The notes: generated by a model from the sequence alone, not told the origin. DNA of 64,000 bases from Octopus vulgaris (GCA_951406725.2 OX597814.1:35774001-35838000); one strand, 5' to 3'; counted from the first letter of the stretch, positions 50,655-63,615 are shown. Numbers and translations: made by a program.

Positions 50655-50838
50655 TTTCTTTACTACCCACAAGGGGCTAAACACAGAGGGGACAAACAAA
50701 GACAGACAAAGGGATTAAGTCGACTACATCGACCCCAGTGCGTAACTGGTACTTAATTTATCGACCCCGAAAGGATGAAAGGCAAAGTCGACCTCGGCGG
50801 AATTTGAACTCGGAACGTAACGACAGACGAATTTCGCC
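50655..50838 (-). mobile_element. SINE family A, near-consensus, head truncated and abutting a short C tail (50838-50885)
   Basis: Nearly identical to 20760-20940. Confidence 0.85.
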
Positions 50839-53282
50839 CATGCCAGCATTGAAAGTGGACATTAGATGATGATGATGATGATGATAGATATATGCAAAGG
50901 ACAGTTTGAAAGGATTCACAGGCTGGAGGATCACGTTTAGTCCCACTGGCTTATTTTTGTCATGGTTACATCAGCCAGATGCTTTTCCTAAAACCAACTG
51001 CTTTACAAATTGTGGCTGGTGCATTTTCCATAGCCCTAGCATTATAGAGGTTGCTTTGACATCACCAAGATTAGAAATCCATCTCTGGTTTCAAGCTGTA
51101 ATTGGTGAAATCGATGACCAATCATTCACAGAATTCTTTTTTGTGACATTAGTATTACTAGGGTTACCTTGTAGCTTGCTTAACGAAAGAGAACCTTTAT
51201 GATGGATGGAACAGACTTATTAATGAGCTTATGGTAATAGACAGAATAACAGGAAGAACATTGTTGAGGTGAGAATATTGGAATGAGAGGAGAGGGGAAG
51301 AGTTATATGAGAGGGGTACATAAGCGGTAATGATGAGTATAATGGGAGTGTTGATTGAATAGAACAAGTGAAGAAATTGGTCAGTCTATCTGTTTGGCAG
51401 AATGAGATGGATGATTTATGAGGGTACATGATAGTTTATGGTGGATTTGGACAGGTTTATTGTTGAAAGAGGATGGTAAGCAAAAAACTAAGAAGGACAA
51501 TGTTAGGGAAAGGGTAATAAGAGAGAAACTGGAGAGACATTATGAGAGTTTTGAGATTGACAAAATAATGAAGGAAGGTTGAGTAAAGGACATGCAATGC
51601 TATTGTTGACATATCAATAACCACTGCACCCATCTGCAAATGCAGCCTTTTTTCTTTACCTGTTCTATCTCAATTTAATCTCTCTCTTTTCCCCTAAACA
51701 TTGTACTTGATTGCTTACCATCAAAAGTCATCTCTCTTCTTCCTACCTATGCAAAGCTAACTTTTCTTTTTCCTATGTATTTAATAGTCTTTATATTTCT
51801 TCTCTTTCTCTCTCTCTCTTTGACTCATTGGGACACACACACTCTCTAGTTTTCTCCATGTTTTACAGCTAAACATGAAGCAATGACATGGATCATTAAT
51901 TATATAATCCAATCCCTCATCAGGAATCGGTTGAAACGGCTGTTCTTAATCAAACTAACAAATAAAGACTAATACATGTTGTTAAAAAAAAAATAAAGAA
52001 TTCTTGAATTGGGAAGTATATTTCCATTGAAATACTTGTCTATCTTCACAATGTAAATTATATTTGGGATGGGCCAGTTTTTCATTTATGTGCTCTTGTA
52101 AAAAGTTTTACTTTGTTGAGATTTACATGTTTTATTTAAATTCTTTTGTGGTTTTTTTCTTTACAAAGTTGTGTTGTGTATACTTTAATTGTGTTTTATC
52201 TATCTGTACAAGCAATAATGAATTGTGTGAATACACATCAAAACTGCAAACTAGATTTGATTCCTGGTTCTGCCAACACAATCCTATCAATTTTCAAACC
52301 AATGATTTCTATAAATTGTGAATAAACCACAAGTTGACTTGTTCCTGATACACTTAAAGAGAAAGAAAGTGTTTTGGCAGTGGTCCAATAATTAATTGAA
52401 TGTTTACAAACCTCTTTATTTATACGTATGAAGTGACCATGAAGTAAGAAAAACTTCCATTAATTTATTTAGCCAAGTTAATAAAAGTTATGTATAGCTA
52501 TTTGCATGAAATAAAGTCACTAGTTGTGGGTTTTGAACAAGGAATCTTTTGGTTAATATTTCAATATTCTGAAGTGGATAGCAAACAGACTTCTGAGGTA
52601 TTGTATTGGAAATAATAATGTGTTGAATAGAAATTTAGTATAAGCTGTATTGAAGTATTCATTGATCCATCAAACATTTACCAATTGGTCTATCAAAGCT
52701 GAAATTAATCCGTTTATAAACACCTTTGAATAAATGTTTATATTAAAAGAACAAAGGATTTTTTGTCTCTTTATTGATTAATATGATATATCAACAATAT
52801 TTCTATGTATCATTTATAATATGAAAATAATTCTCACTGAAGAATTATTCACCCAAAACCATTTAACAAGACCAAATCCTATTCTTTACTTCTATATGAA
52901 TGTTCTCTAAAGTCATGAGATAACTATTTTTTTAGACTCCTACCTTGCTTACACACACATTATTTTTAAAATATTGGAAGAAAATTAAGACAAATAAGAT
53001 TTTGAATCTTTATTAGATTTTCCTAAAACTATTTAATACTTTTGAAACTTAGAAGGTTACCATCTCAGAAAAATAAAAATAAATAATAATGATAATAATA
53101 ATGATGATGATGATGATGACGACGATGACTACAACAACAATATTTGGTCTTTTGTGATTTAACTGACACTAACAACACTTCCAAGCAACAACACTAAAAA
53201 CAAACAACTATAAAAAACAATTCAAGTTTGAAAATCTTTCCAGACTGCTAAGATTAGTACAAAGAATTATATCATCTGCTGT

Positions 53283-53306
53283 ATATATATATATATATAT
53301 ATATAT

Positions 53307-53383
<77 letters not shown>

Positions 53384-53525
53384 ATGTGTGTGTGTGTGTG
53401 TGTGTGTTTGCGCGTGCATGTGTGTGTGTGTGTGTTTGCATGTGTATGTATGTGTGTATATATGTATACATATATATATATGTATGTATGTATGGGTATA
53501 TCTATATCTATCTATCTATACATAT
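53283..53525. repeat. (TA)n(TG)n compound microsatellite
   Basis: Directly visible. Confidence 0.95.
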
Positions 53526-54969
53526 ATTGTTTTTCTAATGATGCAAAATATTTTCAGGACGTTGTTATCCATTGAATCTGCTTATTCTCATCAAAATAAT
53601 TAAATTATTTACTCTGTAGACAATAGCACTGCTTCCTTCTTTTTCATTTACAATGACAATATATTACAATTATGTTTATTAAAGAAATCTTGTGTTAGCA
53701 ACAATTGTTCTCGTTGACTCAAAAAAACCAAACAAATGAATTCATTTAAAGATGAACTATGAAATAAAGATAAATAAAGATAATACAGCTAAAAAATTAC
53801 TTAACAAATTTCTTTATTTATTTTTCAACCCTTTTGAATTACCATTATTATGAAACTAAGTTATTTTGTTTGAAAACAAAGAAGTCAATTGAAGCTTGTG
53901 AGCAAAGGCTCTCCAGCCAAGACTATTTTGTCTTTCACTCTAACTATGTAACACTATATGTTATTTGAGGGAGAACTTACAGCTATTATAGTCGGTCAAT
54001 TGACCCTGTAGAGGCTCCCTAATTTCTGAAAATTACAACAGCAAACACCGTATGCTGTTCTAGTGTATCACCAGTCTTCTCCAATTCTTCAAGCAAACTA
54101 GAATTCCATTATACTAGATACACAGTTACATGATTTTTTTATGATGGTTTCAGATGAGCTTCAGTATCTCTTTAATGTCCATTGAAGCCAGTGCCCACTT
54201 TGAAATCTACAACACCTATATATGTTTCCCAATTGTTACTGTCATTGTTTTTTTGAATTCAGTGCAGCTCTTGTTGTCAAAGTGTTTGCCAAAATACCGT
54301 CTATAGTTTAGTTACAGATCTTCTGAGTTCAAATCTTGCTGGGGCCAGCTTTACTTTCTGAATGAATAAAATACAGAGCCTCTATTTGCAGTGAAATGGA
54401 AACACTTTGACAATCACCTATTTTATTGCTGTAAAGAGCTATTTTTACTGGAATAAAACCATGTAAATGCACAATGCACAGGCACTTGTAAGTACTTTGC
54501 TTTGGACACTTCATTGCTTTATTTCATCATACACTCTTCTTGTCTCATCATTTTAACTAATATTTTCCCTTCATATTCCACTTTCTCTTTCCTGCATCAC
54601 TATTGTCAAATAAAAATGAAAGTACTTTCCTTTTGACATATTCATCTTCGAATTGCTTCCCATCTCATCTTTCCTCTTATCCCTCTACCGAATATTTTTC
54701 TTTGATCATGCATCACTCCTCCCAATGCCAAATGAATCAAATGTATCTATAACTGTTAATCTCACATTTCCTAACAGCCACCCCCGATTTTTAGTTATAA
54801 ACTATGTTTTGTCCAAAGTTCTTCAAGAAAAGTGGAGACACAAAGGCATAGAGAATAATATGAGATTGCAAGCCTCAGAGTAGTACTCAAAGTATTTATA
54901 CTCACATTGTTCAATGAATACAGATATATGTTATTCTGCACATGCATTAATTTAAGAAGCACAATATGT

Positions 54970-55467
54970 TTTTACAAGGCACTCTACAAGCACTTGTGTG
55001 TGGTACTGGCATGAATGTTTTTATGTGGCATCAGCACAGGACTTTTGCAGGCCAATCTTCTTCACCAGGTGTAGTGACCTTAATGCTTCCACTGTGGAGT
55101 ACTGGTCTTCTTGAGTACAGCAAGGTGCTTGGCATCTTGGCCCTTTGTCATCTCATCTGCAAAGTTTGGCACCCTGAGGTCATCCTTCAACACTTTGTCC
55201 CATTTCTTCCTGGGTCTCCCTCTTCCACGTGTTCCATCTACTTTAAGAGATCAGCACTTCTTTATGGAGCTTTCAGCATAAATTCACATCACATGACCTA
55301 ACCAGTGCAGTCTTCTCTCTAGCATAATACATCTAATTACTCTTTTGCCTAACATCTCTCTCAGTACACTAGTACACTGTCAAACATATACACTTACACC
55401 ACACATCCAGCAATGCATACTAGCCTCAGTCCTCTCTAACCTTTGCATGTCCTCTGCATTCAGGGCC
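54970..55467 (-). mobile_element. RTE LINE 3' fragment
   Basis: Reverse-complement colinear with 4905-5330 (GGCCCTGAATGCAGAGGACAT...GGTCATGTGATG...GATGGAACACGTGGAAG.GGGAGACCCAGG). Confidence 0.85.
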
Positions 55468-55468
55468 T

Positions 55469-55731
55469 GAGGTCAAATTGTTGGTGCTCGTATGGCAGGT
55501 GCTAGCATAATGAAAACAGCTGAAATGTTTGGTGCATCAAGAAGTACTGTCTCGAAAGTAATGGCAGCCTTTGAAAAAGTGAGAAAAACTTCCTTGTTGA
55601 AACAAAACTCTGGAAGAAAACCAAAACTTTCAGATAGAGACCATCAAACTCTTATGTGAATTGTTAGAAAGGATCACAAAAGTTGAGCTCCTAAAATTAC
55701 TGCAAAGCTTAATGACCACCTCGAGAACCCA
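55469..55731 (+). mobile_element. Tc1-type transposase N-terminal (paired-like HTH) fragment
   Basis: GQIVGARMAGASIMKTAEMFGASRSTVSKVMAAFEK...NSGRKPKLSDRD...IVRKDH...APKITAKLNDHLENP, with stops. Confidence 0.85.
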
Positions 55732-56034
55732 CATGAAGCTTTATCCTAACCTCAACCACAGTCATTTTTGTTAGTCAGGCAGCGTTTAACAGATAGTTTA
55801 AATAGTTTAATATGAAAATCTGTTTAATTCTTTGAATCCCTACTAAATACAAACAAACAGAATAAACATCCTTCTTTCACCTCACTTTCTGTTTTCTCTC
55901 TCTCTCATTCTCTCTGTTACCCATATATTCATGTATATATGTGTGTGTGTGTGTGTGTGCGCGCGCATGTGTGTGTGTGTGTATATATGTATGTATATAT
56001 ATATATATATATGCATATATATGTAGATATATAT

Positions 56035-56237
56035 TTCCCTCTCTCTCTTTCGGAGAGGCATTGAGCAGCTATACGCACACATACACACAAGGCAGTAACT
56101 TCCACATACCGAATTCAATCAGAAAGCTCCGGTCGGCTCGGGGCTATAGTGGAAAACACCTTCCCCAAAGTGCCACGCAGTGGGCTGAACCCGAAACCAT
56201 GTAGCTAGGAAGCAAGCTCCCTAACCACACAGCCATG

Positions 56238-56240
<3 letters not shown>
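56035..56240 (-). mobile_element. SINE subfamily B', full length
   Basis: B-type head (reverse complement of GCATGGCTGTGTGGTTAGG...GGTTCAGCCCAC) plus the B' tail. Confidence 0.8.
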
Positions 56241-56290
<50 letters not shown>

Positions 56291-56439
56291 ATATGCATGT
56301 ATGTATGTATATACACACACACACAGAATGAAAGAGAGAGACAGAGAAACATTTCTCTCTCTCTTTCTCTCTCTCAGTAGCTTCCGCAAAGAAAATTGCA
56401 AGACTTATCACAGATACACTCCAACCTATTAGCCTTCCC

Positions 56440-56670
56440 ATCTCCAGGAGAATTTTGTAGCAAAATTAAACTACTACAGCTAGTACTCATTGACCTACTG
56501 AAGACTTTTGGTAGATGACCACACTATGAAGTGAGTAGGACACAAGGAAAATAGATTGTAGTTTTATTAGCTTGTAATAGCTACGCAAACCATGTAGCAA
56601 AATACAATGAACAAGACGAGCTTTAACAATAAGTTCAGTAAAGAATTCAGTGTGCAGGTAATTACCTATC
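56440..56670 (+). mobile_element. Very decayed RTE RT fragment
   Basis: LQENFVAK../..LVLIDLLKTFGR resembles LQEKY..K...L..AFVDLEKAFDR; later FSKEFSVQV. Confidence 0.45.
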
Positions 56671-57229
56671 AACTGGATATAAGAGGAATCCGATGTAATG
56701 TCCTTGGGAGATCACTGGTCAGGTAAGAATATGTGCAGTACATAGAAGATAGCAGGTGGGAATTGGAATAAGCAGCAATCTAAATTGAATAAATTTGTGG
56801 AAGAGAAAAACAAGGGAATATATTTGCAGAAATGCTTTTGGCTTCTCTTAGGAGGTTAAAACTCCTGAATGAGATGACAACCAAAGAGATTGTATGGCTG
56901 GGCAACTCATAGAGAAAAATGGTCGTTAAGTAATACTTATCTTGTTGCTGATACTGCTGCTGCTATAGCTGGAATATTTTTTTTTTTTATATAGCCATAA
57001 TTTTATATTACTTTAACAATTGGTATTTTGCAGTTCTCTGACTGATCGCATGCAGATATTTTGCTTCATAAATGTCATGTTTCATACATCGTAAAGCAAT
57101 TAAGTGACTAGCTACATATGCCAACCTTTGAACAGTAACAGAGTAATCTCTGTACTGTAACAACAAAAACAGCAACAACAACAACAACCACGACAACCAC
57201 GGCAGCACTCCCCCATCCCCCCTGCTATC

Positions 57230-57450
57230 ATCATCACCATCATCATCATTTAAAATCTGTCTCCCATACTGGCATGGGTTAGATGGTTTGATAGGAGCTG
57301 GCAAGCTGAAGGCCTGTGCCAGATTCCATTGTCTGCTTTGGTATGGCTTCTACGGATGGATGCACTTCATAATGCCGACCCCTTTATAGAGTGTACTGAG
57401 TGGTTTCTTATGTGGCACCAGCATGGGTGCTTTTTATGTGGAACCAACAC
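57230..57450 (-). mobile_element. Family C copy, diverged
   Basis: (CAT)n plus reverse-complement tail and GGTGCTTTTTATGTGG. Confidence 0.7.
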
Positions 57451-58089
57451 CAGCTGGGTTGCCAAGTAACTTTCAAAAAAAAGACCTCTTGGCTGGGAAA
57501 GAGTGATCCAAGGGAAGTAGCTTTGTGCCAGGTGAGGAGCGATGGAGGATGTCTTACTACAGAAGAGATACTTGGCTACCTCAGTAGGAAAAGAAACAAG
57601 GAGAAGGAGAGATAGAATTAGAGAGAAAGATTGAGACAGTCAGAGGGAGAGAGAGAGAAATGGTTTCTGTTGCAGATGCATCAGGACCTATTCACAGAGA
57701 ACAGTGGGGATGGAATATAACTGGTACAGAGGGGGTGTTTCATAAGAGTGGTGGGGTATGTTTGGAAATGGGGAAGTGGTTACCCTAGGAAGTGATTGTG
57801 AGAGAAAGTGGAATGGCTTGGGGCAGTATGGGGGAAATGAGAGGTGTGGAGAGTATGAGGATAGAGTGTGGACAGGCACGTGGGGGAGAGAGGAGGGGCT
57901 TGCATGGGTCTCACTTTATGTGTGTGTGTGTTGTATGTGTGAGTGAACAAACAAAAGAAAGTGGCACTCAATGCATTCAGTAGAAAATACATTAAAATGG
58001 AAGGTCTGGATGGCTAAGTCTGCAATTTGTGTGGGTAGCAGAGATTAAGTTCTCTGCCCTTGTGTACAGGGTGCTATGCCTTGGGTGGT

Positions 58090-58665
58090 GTATCTGGATT
58101 ATTGGTTTGAAGTGCACCAGGAGGGTGAACTTCTGGTAACAACTGCAAGACATCGTTTTTCCTGTTGATGGATACTACAGTTTAGTGGAGAATGCGCAGC
58201 CCTTCACAGATGCAGGGATGTCAATTATGAACTCCAGGTGAGCAAGGTGGGGCCCTTTTAGTGATACTCCAATTAATGTTCGGAGGAATCATTCCAATGA
58301 TCATGAAACATCCAGATTAGCCAACATCTGAAGGAATGCACATACTGTGTATACTTACCATTGAAGTTTTTGGCAATCATACCCTTGTAGTCCCTTGTGA
58401 TGCCACAGATGGTGTGAGGGTAGCTTTATAGACAAGAGTTCTTGAGAGGCAGCATCCTCCCAGAGGGAAAGAGGTAGAATTTCAGTTACAGGTTGGGGTT
58501 GGAGGATATGTTGGTGTGTGTTTGCTTGTATTATAGTGAGTGATATTAGAATTGATGTTGTCTAAGCAGGATTAACTAACCTTTAATTTTGGAGTGTTGA
58601 AAAGCTTATAGTAATTACGGCTTCAAGGAAAATGCTCCTTCAGCAATGTCAGGAAGCTCCTAGTT
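58090..58665 (-). mobile_element. Decayed Penelope-like element, GIY-YIG endonuclease region
   Basis: LLKEHFP*SRNYYKLFNTPKLKVS*SCLDNI...CN...FPLGGCCLSRTLVYKATL / RDYKGM..NFNGKYTQYVHSFR / INWSI...C.CE. This matches the PLE pattern HFP..H.Y.K.FN...K.SYSC, CPL.G.C....VY, YIG. Confidence 0.8.
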
Positions 58666-59200
58666 CTGTTGAATGAAACTTCTGAGCCCAAAAAGAAGAT
58701 TGAGACAAATTATCTTTCACTTTCTGGTTCTCTTCAGGTTTGGGGGTGGGGACCTCTATATTAGCTTCACAGTGAATCTGTTCCTCACTAATGCTTCTTT
58801 GTAATGAGGACAGCCATATTAAACATCTGTCTGTCTACAAGGTACTTAACTTCTGCTGAGGGTATGGACCATAAACTTATCCACTCAAACCATCCGGCTT
58901 TATATATTTTCTGTCATCTTTCATCAGTGTCTTTATGTATTTGTGTTACACATACATATGCGTATGTAAATATGTTTCCTTTCATTCCCCAGCATCACCA
59001 AATTCTAATCTAATGACAAATCTGGTTACTCCCCCAATGAAAGAGTTCCCACCACAGATCATACCAGCACATCAGTGCACACACATACTCACACACCGGA
59101 TGTACACACATGCAAATACCAGAGATATGCATATACAGATACAACAGGTGCAAACATTCACACTTCCATTCATGCAGATATGCATGCACACATATACACA

Positions 59201-59390
59201 TATGAGGGGGTACCCAGAAGAAACCAGAAACGTTCTGTGGGACAAACCAGTTGTAGTTCAGGCTTACCCCACTAGAAGCCACTAGATGTGACCCTCAGGC
59301 ATCAGTTTGCTGACTGGCATCATTGACTGAAGTTGTACTACCACATGGTGTGCGTCCATTTTGCAGTGCTTCTCCCCTGTATGTACGTAC
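59201..59390 (+). mobile_element. Terminal fragment of another mariner-like element
   Basis: TA|TGAGGGGGTACCCAGAAGAAACCAGAA resembles TA|CGAGGG mariner TIR starts. Confidence 0.45.
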
Positions 59391-59442
59391 ATTCACACAC
59401 TTGACTGAATCAAAATGTTCTTCATATTTTAAGCTTTAATAA

Positions 59443-60170
59443 ATATTGGGTCATTCCATAAATAATGCAGCGTTTTTACACTTCTTTTATTTTTCAGAAT
59501 TAAGATAAACAAAGTTCCTTTTTAATCTAAAATATACTCTCCATTTTCTACAATGTTCTTCCATCTATCTGGTAGACTTCCAAAATTCCCTTGTCCATGG
59601 TGAAAAATACTCCTGCAGTACTGTTCTGACTGCATCTACAGAATTTATATTTTTTTCTATCCAAATGATTTTGAAGACTGCAGAGTAAATGATGATCAAA
59701 TGGGGCAATGTTCGGCGAATATGTTGGGTGGGACATCGTTTCCCATTCAAACTGTTCCAGTCTTTGGAATGTCATCTTTGCTGTATGTGACCGAGCATTA
59801 TCCTCTATGGATGAACATCTTTCATCTTGAAACCAAAGATGGTAATTTTTGATGGCATGCGGGTATCAATGGATGGTTGAAAGATCAAATCCAAGCTTCT
59901 CTTCAGCAGTTAAAATGGGATTTTGTTCCACCAGGGTTTCCAGGACATCCTTATCGAGCTCTACTGATCTTTCAGGACAAGGATCATCTTCTAGGCTGTA
60001 GTTTCTGGCTCAAAATTTCTGGAACCACAGTTGACACTGGCTTCCACTTATTGCCTGATTCCCATATACTGCATTAATATTCCTCACACTTTCTGTTGCA
60101 TTGTTGCCTTTATTGAACTCATACAGTGAAATATGACAAATATGCTCCTTTTGTCACTTCCATTATAGCT
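59443..60170 (-). mobile_element. Internally deleted mariner (Mos1/Hsmar-like) transposase pseudogene
   Basis: N-terminal EFNKGNNATESVRNINAVYG...WFQKF...SLEDDP. C-terminal DNARSHTAKMTFQRLEQFEWETMSHPTYSPNIAPFDHHLLCSLQNHL. End TA|TTGGGTCATTCCATAAATAATGC. Confidence 0.85.
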
Positions 60171-60180
60171 TTGAAAAAAG

Positions 60181-60231
<51 letters not shown>

Positions 60232-60267
60232 ACACACACACGCACACACACACGCACACACACACAT

Positions 60268-60312
<45 letters not shown>

Positions 60313-60324
60313 CACATTTACATA

Positions 60325-60544
60325 AAAGGCAGCGCTGAAAAGATCTTGGCTTTAAGGATATCATGAAAAGCCTGGTTGGATGCCGAACCTTCTGAGTTTT
60401 TTTTTAAAGGGCTTAGAAAAAAATGAAGGACCACTGAAATAAGTGTGTGAATCTGAGATGGGGATATACTGAATAAAATCAAAATTAACTGAACCTCTTG
60501 TATTTTCTTTCACCCAAAGCCAGGAACTTTTCAGTATCCTCTCA
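60325..60544. mobile_element. mariner-derived MITE (second copy of 11480-11692, inverted)
   Basis: GCTGAAAAGATCTTGGCTTT ... AAAGCCAGGAACTTTTCAG; the interior matches the first copy. Confidence 0.8.
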
Positions 60545-60770
60545 TATATACACATACATACACAAGTGCATATACACACATCTATACACAAATGTTTGTC
60601 TGCACATTATGTGTTGATCGGTGGTATCAATGGACATTGAAATAATATGTGGCTCATATATGTCTGCATATAGTGACTGTGCAGTTAGTAGGTTTAAGGA
60701 CAAAAATGATCATATATTTATGTTGGAACATGTGGCTATACGTTATAGGTGTGTGAATATGTGAAAAGCT

Positions 60771-61164
60771 TTGTGGAGGCGCAATGGCCCAGTGGTTAGG
60801 GCAGCGGACTCACGGTCATAGGATTGTGGTTTCTATTCCCAGACCGGGCGTTGTGAGTGTTTATTGAGCGAAAACACCTAAAGCTCCACGAGGCTCCGGC
60901 AGGGGATGGTGGTGATCCCTGCTGTACTCTTTCACCACAACTTTCTCTCACTCTTACTTCCTGTTTCTGTTGTACCTGTATTTCAAAGGGCCGGCCTTGT
61001 CACTCTCTATGTCACACTGAATATCCCCGAGAACTATGTTAAGGGTACACGTGTCTGTGGAGTGCTCAGCCACTTACACGTTAATTTCACGAGCAGGCTG
61101 TTCCGTTGATTCGGATCAACAGGAACCCTCGTTGTCGTAACCGACGGAGTGCTTCCATCCATCC
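60771..61164 (+). mobile_element. tRNA-headed SINE family E, full length, 12-bp TSD, (CCAT)n tail
   Basis: A box TGGCCCAGTGG, B-box-like GTTTCTATTCC. TSD ATGTGAAAAGCT at 60759-60770 and 61165-61176. Confidence 0.9.
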
Positions 61165-61234
61165 ATGTGAAAAGCTAATAGTTATGCTTATGTGTATGTG
61201 TGATGTAATAAGTTTGTGGTAATAAGAATATACA

Positions 61235-61745
61235 GGATTGCTGTGCTTGAAAAGACACCTCATGCTGAGTAAAAGTGTGGTTGCTCTTTCATACAGGCTC
61301 CACTCCTGCATCCCACTCCAGCTGAGTGTTCTTAATCTTGCTGGCTCATGGATGCTGGTGCCATATAAAAAGCACCCGCACTGGTGCCATGTAAAAATCA
61401 CCCGCACTGGTGCCATGTAAAAAGCACATGCACTGGTGCCATGTAAAAAGCACCTGCACTGGTGCCATGTAAAAAGCACCCGCACTGGTGCCATGTAAAA
61501 AGCACCTGCACTGGTGCCATGTAAATGCATGCATGTCAGTGTTGCGTAAAAATCACCCAGTACACCCTGTAAAATGGTTGGCATTAGGAAGGGCATCCAG
61601 TGATAGGAACCATGCCAAAACAGACATGAAGACTGAAAAAGCTCTTCAGCTGGTCAGCTCCGGTCAAACTGTCCAACCCATGCCAGCATGGAATAATGAC
61701 GGTAAGAGATGATGATGATGGTGATGATGATGATGATGATGATGA
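61235..61745 (+). mobile_element. RTE 3' end (AVLEKT ORF end plus family C tail) containing a 26-bp minisatellite
   Basis: GCTGTGCTTGAAAAGAC, conserved tail and (GAT)n. Confidence 0.8.
61355..61525 (+). repeat. 26-bp minisatellite CTGGTGCCATGTAAAAAGCACC(C/T)GCA x6.5
   Basis: Units start at 61355, 61381, 61407, 61433, 61459, 61485 and 61511. Confidence 0.95.
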
Positions 61746-61917
61746 GGTGTATTCGTGTATAATGATGGTAATGCATATGTGTAAGCGATGTGTTAAACTG
61801 TGATGAAATACATGTGTGTGGGATAGATTGTGTGAAGCCGTGTGTATTGGTATAAAATGATAGGATATTTTCCTCAATGTGTGTGCAGGTGAGAAGTAAG
61901 AGGACATACTACTCTTG

Positions 61918-62014
61918 CTTGTGCTTGCATGTGTATTTGCATGAGTGATATCTTCAGTCTGTACTACACTTGTGCTTGCATGTGTATGTGCATGAGTGAT
62001 ATCTTCAGTCTGTA
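61918..62014. repeat. Tandem duplication, period 51 bp (46-bp arms, one mismatch)
   Basis: CTTGTGCTTGCATGTGTAT(T/G)TGCATGAGTGATATCTTCAGTCTGTA at 61918 and 61969. Confidence 0.9.
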
Positions 62015-62409
62015 TGGATATTTAGACAGCATTGTTGGCTGTTTCACATGTCTGAGAATTTCAATTTCCTTCTGACTGAGAGGCATTTAGATATATAGGA
62101 TTAGTGTACATGGTCTGTGTGATACGTGTGTAAGCGTGATATATTTTACAGCTGGGTGCAATGTGGAAAGGTAGACTGTGGTGTAGTTACGCAAACATGA
62201 CTGAGCCAAGGGAAGGAGCATCCGAGGTGGAAGATGAGAAATTGTTGTTGGTGATAGCAAAAGTAGGGAAGCTAAGGTGAGTGTGTATATATGTGTATAT
62301 GTATGCTCATATTTGCATATATTTAAGCATCTATATATGTACTTACGTATATACATTTGTTTAGGTATATATATATATATATATATCAGCATCTGAGCTG
62401 AAACTAGAG

Positions 62410-62458
<49 letters not shown>

Positions 62459-62631
62459 CTATACACACATATATAGATATGTGTGTGCATGCATATATGT
62501 TATACAGACAGACATACCTTACTATTTCTGTGTTTTTCTTATATTTCTCCAGTAACAATCTACATGTCTCAGCAATATTAGTGTGTATTTTTGTATGCGT
62601 GTATGCATATATATTTTATACGTAAAGACTA

Positions 62632-62664
<33 letters not shown>

Positions 62665-63009
62665 TGTATGTATGTATATACTCACATATATAGACATGAA
62701 TGCAACAAAATATGTAACCCGTATATATAAGCACCCATAAATTTATACATATATGTATACATTTGTACATTCATACATATATATAAATTCATGTTCAAAG
62801 GAAATCAGCTATCTTTTATCTATAACTTGCAAATATAAAACAAAATAAAAAGAAAAATCCACCTAACCTGCTACCCACGAAGCACTATACCTACCTACCT
62901 ATCTACATGCATACATATATACACAGACACACATGTGTAAGAATGTAATGTATGTATGTATGTATACTATCTCTCTCTGTCTCTCTCTCTATCTATCTAT
63001 CTACCTATG

Positions 63010-63094
<85 letters not shown>

Positions 63095-63115
63095 GTGTAT
63101 ATATATATACATATA

Positions 63116-63148
<33 letters not shown>

Positions 63149-63474
63149 GCATTTCTACAAAATTAGAAATAATGGCCTAGTAATTTATGAACGACACCAA
63201 CGAAATAAAAATATTGGTTATTTTATCACAGGTCTGGCACTTTTGTAGTTGAGCAGTGATAAAATTATTAAGTAGCCTGCTCAATAGTTAAATCCATTTA
63301 AAGAAAAAGAAAAGAAGAAAAACACTATTTTTGAAATTACTTTGTAATAAGAACAATTTTATTTCTGCTTGTATGAGCATGAAGCTCAAGAAATTCAAAT
63401 GAAGGAAGATATTCTCTTTTGAAATCATCTTTGGTAGATCTTTAACCCTGCTTTAGTTATTGCTTGAAATTTTT

Positions 63475-63615
63475 TATTATTATTGTTGTTGTTGTTGTTA
63501 TTATTATTATTATTATCATTATATTATTATTATTATTATTATTATTACTATTATTATTATTATTATTATTTTTATCACCATCGTCGTCATCATCATCATC
63601 ATCATCATTATTGTC
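63475..63615. repeat. (ATT)n/(GTT)n/(CAT)n compound trinucleotide repeat
   Basis: Directly visible. Confidence 0.95.

Noticed and set aside
51895-51945. Hammerhead candidate (CTGATGA on -; GAAAC on +)
   Set aside because: The core halves are not on the same strand with closing stems, so I could not build a consistent fold.
60775-60850. tRNA gene (also heads at 8923, 32340, 38306, 42584, 46223)
   Set aside because: A and B boxes are present, but there is no complete cloverleaf acceptor stem. Each head continues into a SINE body, several with TSDs.
61355-61525. CRISPR-like array of palindromic 26-bp repeats
   Set aside because: The units are contiguous with no unique spacers, there are no cas genes, and the context is a eukaryotic LINE UTR.
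61087-61596. 169-aa ORF with repeated HGTSAGAFYMAPV / FTWHQC
   Set aside because: The periodicity derives from the antisense of the 26-bp minisatellite.
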